Below, piece by piece: positions 57,287 to 64,000 of a stretch of 64,000 nt of DNA. Below the pieces are notes generated by a model. It was not told the DNA's origin, made no database searches, and was given only the letters and a program-made list of their open reading frames with translations. Source of the DNA: Candidatus Poribacteria bacterium. Lineage in GTDB: Bacteria; Poribacteria; WGA-4E; PCPOR2b. The stretch's first letter is position 1, and each line of letters opens with the position of its first letter. The DNA lies in NCBI GenBank assembly GCA_965208675.1, contig OZ242351.1, positions 544,001-608,000 on the forward strand. The letters are read 5' to 3'. The translations under genes and the position numbers were made by a program.

Positions 57287-58966
57287 CTACTCCCGAGTCA
57301 AAATAATCGTATCAATCCGACGGTTTTTGTCTCTGCCAGCTTTATTTTCGTTGCTCTGAATTGGAAATTCTTCGCCTAAACCAATAGATGTTATTCGTTC
57401 ACTAGGCACCCCACCATCTTCCGATAGATATTTGGCAAAGGTTTTCGCTCGGTTCTCCGTCAACCTGAGATTGGTGTCGGTTTTTCCAACGTCGTCGCTG
57501 TGTGCTTCTACATGGACAGGGAACTGGGCAAATGTATGAAGAATCTCAGCCAGTTTAAGAAGCATTGGGAAATATTTTGGATTAATTTCCGTGCTTCCCA
57601 TCTCGAAGATATTCCCGCTTAAACGCACAAGCACACCTTTTTCCGTTTTTTGGGAATCTGCCGCGGAAATTTCATTTGTTGCGTTAAGAATGTTTGTTTC
57701 AACGGCTTCAATCTGCTTGGCTTTTTCGATGGCATTGGTTAACGTCTCTAGGCTTTGATTTCCTAAGGAAATGGCGCGTACATAATTAGCGTTAGACAAA
57801 GCGGATTTGGCTTGTGCAATCAGTTCAATCGCCTTCTCGTACGATTCGGATGCAAGGTTTGGAGTCTCCGTTACCCTTGTTTGGTTAATGCTTTCCTCCG
57901 CCTTAAATATTGTGTCTTTGGCTTTGGCAATTTTTTCTTCCATCGCTTCTTTAGCAGATTGCGCGCGATCTATAGCTTCGGCGGCAGTATACGCTTCATG
58001 CCCAACACTTTCAGCCTGTGCAGCCAACTGCAACGCCGCCTTATACTCTTCCGTTTTCAATGCTAGATTCGCTCGTTCAAGCGTTGTTTTCGCTCGATTA
58101 AAAAGCGTCTGAGCGTGTGCAAACGCATTGACACTTTCTGCCCTATCTATCTCAATTTGTGCACGAGTTATAGCGACTTTTGCGTCTGCGTAATCTTCAA
58201 GCTTCATTAATCCTGCGGCCTGTGCTCCCACGCGCGCAGCAGTTCGAGAATCTTTTGCATGCTCCTCTGCTTTTACAGCCGCTGCTTTGGCTTCATCGAA
58301 CTTCTCTTGTACCAACAAGGAATGTGCTTGTTTGATGAGGTTCTCAGCCGCTTGAAAACTATCACCATCAAAGTTAAGCGCTCCTTCAGTCCTAGCGGCA
58401 TCAATAACAAGCTGTGCTTTTCCAATCGCCAATTGCGTTTGTGCGTTGAGTCGGGCGTTCTTCGCGTCCCGCCTCGCTGTGCCGGCTTCAGCTTGGGCGA
58501 TTGCCATGCGTTGTTCGGCATTCTCCGCTCTGGATAAGGCACGCCTCTCACGTCCTTCCGCCATTGTCCGCAGAGTTTGTGCCGTCTGAACTTTGTACTC
58601 CAATTCTTGAGCTAATGCCTTCAACATATCCTCGCGAACCTGACTTATTCGCTTTTGCGCAATTTTCTGGCGTGTTACCGCGCCAGCTACCCGCGCTTCT
58701 GTCTGAGCTTGAAATGCTAATTCTAAACTTTGTACACTGTTGCCTTCCTGCCGAGCCTGCTTCGAATCCTCAAATAATTTTACCGCATTAGCAAACTTTT
58801 CGCGTGCATATTCTTCAGCTCCCAAATGTCGCGTGTTAGAAATGAAACTCTGCGCATCATTTAAACTCATGTCTAGCAGGGCCGGATCGATTTTTTCCGC
58901 ACAGCCGATTCCGCCTCCAAAAATTGTGATAAAACTGTGCAACCATAATATTCCTTTCGATTGCAT
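57287..58966 (-). CDS. Lipoprotein with several DUF4398-like helical repeats and a C-terminal OmpA/Pal-like peptidoglycan-binding domain
   Basis: Lipobox GIGC; repeated A..YA...F..A...L..A units; HSD..G....N..L...RA and P...N....GR..NRR.D motifs. Confidence 0.88.
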   Translation of the reverse strand: MQSKGILWLHSFITIFGGGIGCAEKIDPALLDMSLNDAQSFISNTRHLGAEEYAREKFANAVKLFEDSKQARQEGNSVQSLELAFQAQTEARVAGAVTRQKIAQKRISQVREDMLKALAQELEYKVQTAQTLRTMAEGRERRALSRAENAEQRMAIAQAEAGTARRDAKNARLNAQTQLAIGKAQLVIDAARTEGALNFDGDSFQAAENLIKQAHSLLVQEKFDEAKAAAVKAEEHAKDSRTAARVGAQAAGLMKLEDYADAKVAITRAQIEIDRAESVNAFAHAQTLFNRAKTTLERANLALKTEEYKAALQLAAQAESVGHEAYTAAEAIDRAQSAKEAMEEKIAKAKDTIFKAEESINQTRVTETPNLASESYEKAIELIAQAKSALSNANYVRAISLGNQSLETLTNAIEKAKQIEAVETNILNATNEISAADSQKTEKGVLVRLSGNIFEMGSTEINPKYFPMLLKLAEILHTFAQFPVHVEAHSDDVGKTDTNLRLTENRAKTFAKYLSEDGGVPSERITSIGLGEEFPIQSNENKAGRDKNRRIDTIILTRE

Positions 58967-59038
58967 GTATACTACGCCTCCAAAATCAGGATTCCTAAGC
59001 TCAAGAGTGCGCGGATTTCACCCTTACATTTTCGTGTT

Positions 59039-59464
59039 TCAATTTTCAGGTGTTGTATTAAAGCGTTCTAGTTCCATATTCGCCTGCTCTAACTCGCGCT
59101 TTGCCTTTTCCGTAGCCTGTATATTCAATTCCAATCTTTTTTCCATATTACGGGCTTTCTCTTCGATCGTTTGTGCTATGGATATTGATTCCGCTAATTT
59201 GCCTGTGAGATGTGCACGCCTTCCTAACCTATATGCTTCTTCCGTGTTTCCGTTGTGCAATGCCGATTCTGCTTCAGTGAGCATCTGAGCGGCTTTTCCG
59301 TACGTTTCCGCAGCTAGATTTTGTGCATCAGTTGCTTGTGCAGCGAGAATCTGCGCTTTTGCATCCTGAATAACGCTCTCCGCGTAGCCGCTCGCCATAC
59401 CGCACCCAACACTCACCACAATGACAACCCAACTGAAACCTGCCATTGCTAACCGCTGAATCAT
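59039..59464 (-). CDS. DUF4398-like lipoprotein
   Basis: Lipobox SVGC; A...I.AA....A...A...Y..A...L..AE. Start probably the ATG at 59464. Confidence 0.8.
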   Translation of the reverse strand: MIQRLAMAGFSWVVIVVSVGCGMASGYAESVIQDAKAQILAAQATDAQNLAAETYGKAAQMLTEAESALHNGNTEEAYRLGRRAHLTGKLAESISIAQTIEEKARNMEKRLELNIQATEKAKRELEQANMELERFNTTPEN

Positions 59465-59580
59465 ATAATTTCGCGCCGTGACAATTAAGTGCATTATGTT
59501 TTTACGAAGCATGCCCATTAAGTGTAGTAGTTGTATGGCAAGCGCGCCGTACAAATTATTTGATACTAGACCGTAACTAT

Positions 59581-59934
59581 TCAATTTCGCCCATTCAGCC
59601 ATTTCCTTGAGTGCTCGCTGAATAACTTCTCAAGATGGTACATATTTTTCTTGAAAAGAATTGTTTCTTCCCAACCAATAATGACCGGCACCCAAGCTAT
59701 TCCTACGGAGATAACGAGCATCAATCCGGCGGGCAAGAATATGAAATGTGTTCAGAACGGTAACCCGATATACGTCATTTTTTGGTAAACGGTATGGCTC
59801 TAGCCGACTAAGAAAATCGTTGTGCTGACACTACTTGCATCTGTCACGGCATTAGCTATCTCAAAGCATCTAATTTGTATTTTGCCTAAACTGCGCGATT
59901 GAATTAGATTGTCGGTGATGAGTATGGAATACAT
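59581..59934 (-). pseudogene. Possible decayed isoprenylcysteine carboxyl methyltransferase (ICMT/PEMT)-family gene
   Basis: Fragments across frames with stops: LV..., PYR, MTYIG, a hydrophobic stretch, IIGWEETIL, RKWL. Confidence 0.3.
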
Positions 59935-60263
59935 TCGCGCCACGTTGTATTATAGCATGCCGATCAAAAACAGATCAAGCGGGAAAACTAAACTATCGCT
60001 ATGGCTTATCCGGTTGCTTTTCGATTGACACCTGTTCTCTTTTTTGATAATCTGGCAAGACCAGAAATACAAATTTCAGAGCAAATTTAATATCTAGTAT
60101 GCGATACTGGACGGCAAATAAATGAGATACAACTCCATGACTCTATCCTCCAATCACGAAGTACATTTCGAGGTCAATATCATGTGCCATGTCAGGCGGG
60201 AATATCTTTATCGCCCGGCCAATCAATGTGAATAGACCCTTTCAAAATCTTGGGAGTTTCATT

Positions 60264-61049
60264 ATGTCTGACTTCAAACTCACGCAGCAGCAACTGAATT
60301 TTATGGAAACCTTTGGATATCTGTGCTTTCCCAGCCTGCTCAACGACCGAATTGACCAGATTATCGAAGCTTTTGAACAGGTTTGGGTGGACTTGAATGT
60401 AGAACACCCTGAAACACAGCGTACTTACATTGTACCGTTTATCGGACAAAGCGAATATCTCAGTTCACTGCTTGACGACGATCGCATTGATGGAATTTTC
60501 AGCAGCCTTTTGGGAGAAGATTACGTTTACTTGGGTAGCGACGGCAATTTCTACAGCGGCGATTCCGGCTGGCACTCAGATGGCGGTTGGCCGCGCCGAA
60601 TTCGTCACTGCAAGATGGCGTTCTACCTCGACCCGTTGACCGAAAAAACAGGCGCTTTGCGATTCATCCCCGGCAGCCACAGATATGGGGAAGCGTATGC
60701 CGAGACCATACAGCAAGGCGTTGCGACGTTGGGGGAGACCTATGGAATTGACGCTACCGATGTGCCGGCCGCGGTAATGGAGACACAACCCGGTGACGTT
60801 GTGGTTTTTAACCAAGGCTTGAAACACGGTTCATGGGGCGGTAGCACGCAACGCCGTATGTTTACGATTAACTGTAGTTATCGGTATAAAGAAGATCAGA
60901 TGGATCTTCTCCAGAAGGAAGTAGGGATGACAATAGGTCATGAAGGCAAAATTTACGGAGAAAAAATGCTTGCGACAGCGGGGCCGCGCAGACTCGTGCA
61001 TCTTGAACAGCCGTTATCAATTGCTCCGGGTGGCGTGCCTTTGAAATAG
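60264..61049 (+). CDS. Phytanoyl-CoA dioxygenase (PhyH) family protein
   Basis: WHSD, K.AFYLDPL....GALR.IPGSH, PGDVVVF...L.HGS.GG...RRMF. Confidence 0.88.
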   Translation: MSDFKLTQQQLNFMETFGYLCFPSLLNDRIDQIIEAFEQVWVDLNVEHPETQRTYIVPFIGQSEYLSSLLDDDRIDGIFSSLLGEDYVYLGSDGNFYSGDSGWHSDGGWPRRIRHCKMAFYLDPLTEKTGALRFIPGSHRYGEAYAETIQQGVATLGETYGIDATDVPAAVMETQPGDVVVFNQGLKHGSWGGSTQRRMFTINCSYRYKEDQMDLLQKEVGMTIGHEGKIYGEKMLATAGPRRLVHLEQPLSIAPGGVPLK

Positions 61050-61292
61050 AGCAGTTCAACCTTTCCACGGCCTTCAACGATTACATTAAGAATTGCGAAC
61101 GATTGGGCGTCCTGCCAACGATAACTGAGGTTGATACATCAAAAAATCAATAATTGGGCGTTACAGATTACTAATTTTTCCGCCAATGTCTTTCTCGCTT
61201 AGTTCAAACCCGTCAAGAATTTTATTGAATGACTCTTGCTGTTAATGTAGGCGTAATTGAATTCCATATGGTAGAAGGAAGGTTGGAATGAA

Positions 61293-62435
61293 TTGAAAAG
61301 CACATTCTTAAAAGACATGGCATTCCGCAAAGCCCGCATTGCAATGACTGCAATCGCTATCACTGTATTGATTGCACTAATTCTGATGTTGGGCGGAATT
61401 ATGAACGGCATGCGTATACAAGCACAGCAGTACGTCAAATCTACGGGGGCGGATATTTGGATTTCCGCGGAAGGCTCCGGTGGCGCGTTCGTTGGCTTTT
61501 CAATGCTCAACCCGGAGTATCTTGCCTATCTCAATAATGCCAAAGATCTGAAACCCGAATCTACATCACAACTCGTTTTTGCACAAGCGCGGCCTGTAAT
61601 CAGAGGTAAGACCGGCAAAGCCATTGTCGTAGGATATCAAAACGGAAAACTCGGCGGGCCCGTACGTTTAGTTGAAGGACGTTTGTTCACGCCGAGTCAA
61701 TACGAGGATTATCGGCCGGAAGATATCCCGTCACCAGAGGTTGTCATTGATGAAAAAATGGACCTCGAAATAGGCGAACGCCTATCGATCGGCGGCAGCA
61801 AACTTAAAGTCGTCGGCAAAGCCAAAAGCCTGATGTTTGTACTTGACACCCCGCTGTTATTTATGGATATCCGCACCGCGCAAAATGTGATGCTAGACAA
61901 CATACTGTATGTCAATATGATCATTTCAAAAGCCGCGGTTGGACGTCCGTCCGACGAAGTTGTGGGAGCCTTAAATCGATCGGATGCAGAATCGAAAATG
62001 ATTGAAGTTTATACGCTTAAGCAGACTATCGGGGACATACTTGAGACCTACGTAGATGAACCAATGAAGGCGGTTCAGTTCTTGCGCGCAATGCTGTGGT
62101 TAGCCACCGGAATTATCGTTGCCATGATAACTTACGTCACGACACTTGAAAAGACGCAGGAGTTTGGTACATTGAAAGCCATCGGCGCGTCAAATTCCTA
62201 TGTGATATCCCTGATTCTAAAGCAAGTCGCTTTAACTTCGCTGATTGGGATAATTTTTGGGCTTCTCTTATCGTTTATCTTTGCTGCTGCGGCTCCAATC
62301 TTTGTTTCAATCAACCCAGTCGAAGCGGTTATCGTGACGATTATCAGCTTCATTGTCTGCTGTAGCGGCGGTTACCTCGCTGGGCGAAAAGCAATTACTG
62401 TCGATCCGATGGTCGCATTCAGAGGAGAGGTTTAA
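61293..62435 (+). CDS. MacB/FtsX-type ABC transporter permease
   Basis: N-terminal TM, periplasmic domain, EK..EFGTLKAIGA, VDP...F end. Confidence 0.9.
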   Translation: MKSTFLKDMAFRKARIAMTAIAITVLIALILMLGGIMNGMRIQAQQYVKSTGADIWISAEGSGGAFVGFSMLNPEYLAYLNNAKDLKPESTSQLVFAQARPVIRGKTGKAIVVGYQNGKLGGPVRLVEGRLFTPSQYEDYRPEDIPSPEVVIDEKMDLEIGERLSIGGSKLKVVGKAKSLMFVLDTPLLFMDIRTAQNVMLDNILYVNMIISKAAVGRPSDEVVGALNRSDAESKMIEVYTLKQTIGDILETYVDEPMKAVQFLRAMLWLATGIIVAMITYVTTLEKTQEFGTLKAIGASNSYVISLILKQVALTSLIGIIFGLLLSFIFAAAAPIFVSINPVEAVIVTIISFIVCCSGGYLAGRKAITVDPMVAFRGEV

Positions 62436-63109
62436 TGGGAACAATTGTAGAGGGGAAAGGTTTAACGAAACACTTTGGGGAAGGCGATGCAACTGTCGTC
62501 GCTGTTGACCAAGTTGATATAGCCATTGAGACGGGTGAGTTGGTCATGATTATGGGTGATAGCGGTTGTGGCAAAACGACGTTAATCAGCCTTCTCGGCT
62601 GCATTCTCACACCCAGCGAAGGGGACATCCGCATAGATGGGAAGCCAATTGAATATGAACATCAAAATCTTTCTGTCATTCGTCGCGAGAGAATTGGTTT
62701 TGTGTTCCAGTTGTTTAATCTGATCCCTTACCTGACCGCAATTGAAAATGTAATCGTCGCCATGAACATCGCCGGAGTCAAAGGCTACAGCGCTGAGACA
62801 CGGGCGAGGGAGTTGCTCACTCGAGTCGGGTTGGAACAGCGCTTATTTCATCGTCCAGCACAGCTTTCGGGGGGTGAAAAACAGCGCGTTTCCTTTGCAC
62901 GGGCACTTGCCAACAGCCCCAAAATCATCTTTGCTGATGAACCTACAGCGAACCTTGATAGCCGTCAGAGTACAAATTTAATGAATCTTATCCGCGAACT
63001 ACGTCAAGAACACCAAACAACGATTGCGATTGTGACTCATCATGAAGGGCTGAAGCAGGATGCAGACCGTGTCATCCAGATGAAGGATGGACGAGTCGTA
63101 TCGAGTTAA
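62435..63109 (+). CDS. ABC transporter ATP-binding protein (LolD/MacB-type)
   Basis: GDSGCGKTT, GFVFQ.FNL, LSGGEKQR, ADEPTANLD, VTH. Confidence 0.95.
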   Translation: MGTIVEGKGLTKHFGEGDATVVAVDQVDIAIETGELVMIMGDSGCGKTTLISLLGCILTPSEGDIRIDGKPIEYEHQNLSVIRRERIGFVFQLFNLIPYLTAIENVIVAMNIAGVKGYSAETRARELLTRVGLEQRLFHRPAQLSGGEKQRVSFARALANSPKIIFADEPTANLDSRQSTNLMNLIRELRQEHQTTIAIVTHHEGLKQDADRVIQMKDGRVVSS

Positions 63110-63193
63110 AAAAATCGTGCGCCGAGTGAATTTGCTTACCGTGTAGGGATTCGGTTAGATTAGTCGATGCGATTTCAGGCATGAGCATAAGTT

Positions 63194-64000
63194 ATGAGTC
63201 GAAACGACTTTATCGTGTTTTGGGTCGTTAATTTGCTACTTCCTTGTACCATTCAGGTTTTTGGGCAAGTAGGGTCAAGCGAAGTCCCGCAAGCCGAGAA
63301 TGAGTCCGCATTATACGAGTCGCCGCCAGGATTGGAAGAGGCAACCCTCCAGCAAACTAACCTTTCCGGAGTTGGATTAACCGTCATCAACGAAGATCCG
63401 TTCTTCCGAATGCAGTTGCAACCGGAGGTCAACCTTGGCAAAATTGGGTTTGGGTTGGGTATCGTGGTTTTGTACAATCCAAGCGCAGAAAAGGACGAGG
63501 ATAAAGTCTTTACTGAGGATGCTGAGAACTGGGACAATCCCAGTTCCTATCTGCGAACCGTCCGGTATGTGCGCTATGGACACCTCGGCGATTCGTTCTA
63601 CACCCGATTCGGTGAATTGGACTACGTCACTATTGCGTATGGATTCATCATGTCCGGATATTCCAACCACGATCGGCGTGGATTGCGCCTGAACCTAAGC
63701 AATGACACTAAGAAATACGGTGTAGAGACTGTCATAAACAACGTCCAAAATCCGACAGTGTTCGGTGGGAGGACATACATTCGTCCACTGCAGAAAGAGC
63801 ATGAGTCGGCAATCCTCAACCGTCTGGAATTCGGGGGTACTTATCTGACTGATATTGACCCATCATGGGGCAATCAGAATGAAGATCCGCTCGTGGCGTT
63901 AGGTGTGGATGTCGGACTCCCGATAATTCACAACAGGCTGATGCGGGTAAACTTGTACGATGAAGTTGCCTTCCTCAATACGAAACCGACTTCAGATTCA
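63194..64000 (+). CDS. Secreted or outer-membrane beta-rich protein, truncated by the window end (absent from the ORF track)
   Basis: ATG at 63194 with a signal-like N-terminus; the frame continues toward the window end with amphipathic strands (RMQLQPEVNLGKIGFGLG, VRYVRYG...FYTRFGELD..TI.YG.IM.GYSN). Confidence 0.7.
   Translation, partial: MSRNDFIVFWVVNLLLPCTIQVFGQVGSSEVPQAENESALYESPPGLEEATLQQTNLSGVGLTVINEDPFFRMQLQPEVNLGKIGFGLGIVVLYNPSAEKDEDKVFTEDAENWDNPSSYLRTVRYVRYGHLGDSFYTRFGELDYVTIAYGFIMSGYSNHDRRGLRLNLSNDTKKYGVETVINNVQNPTVFGGRTYIRPLQKEHESAILNRLEFGGTYLTDIDPSWGNQNEDPLVALGVDVGLPIIHNRLMRVNLYDEVAFLNTKPTSDS

Noticed and set aside
232-63819. The many 60-210 aa ORFs antisense to or nested in the called genes (e.g. 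7918-8469, 13870-14403, 41824-42456, 58740-59288)
   Set aside because: Shadow frames of real genes with no recognisable motifs.
1-64000. Global TGA reassignment (genetic code 4 or 25)
   Set aside because: lexA, degP, nnr, purQ, hisC, mtnP and both SDRs end at TGA at their normal C-termini, and TGG is used for Trp throughout.

Overview
Bacterial chromosomal window that reads like Candidatus Poribacteria. This is an inference from lineage-typical families: a dockerin + FlgD-Ig 'YPNPFNP' C-terminal secreted protein, two PhyH dioxygenases, DUF6785/DUF6784, a heparinase-like protein and many TPR proteins. About 40 genes are present. Housekeeping genes include lexA, thrB, an aminotransferase, hsp20, degP/htrA, mrp, priA, comEC, nnr, purQ, hisC, mtnP and an RNase Z-like gene. 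No rRNA, tRNA, CRISPR array or transposase was found. Most notable: (1) a full-length 912-aa P2A-type ATPase homolog with its catalytic and ion-binding motifs substituted (DKTGT->NEIGN, TGES->FGMS, GDGVND->GQAPTD), i.e. an apparent pseudo-pump; (2) a ~10.6 kb co-oriented envelope cluster (inactive caspase-fold/PEGA membrane protein, 1094-aa TPR protein, plug-less beta-barrel, ExbB/TolQ without ExbD, TonB-like protein, TPR lipoprotein) that looks like an uncharacterised pmf-energised trans-envelope machine; (3) a heparinase II/III homolog lacking its catalytic residues; (4) a ModA-ModB fusion whose promoter has a poly-T tract in the spacer; (5) an orphan Nmad3 gene and two other genes each cut by one in-frame TGA; (6) a sigma-54 promoter with paired enhancer boxes before hsp20; (7) a small TA-flanked MITE containing a REP hairpin. 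All family calls come from recognising motifs by eye; no searches were run.
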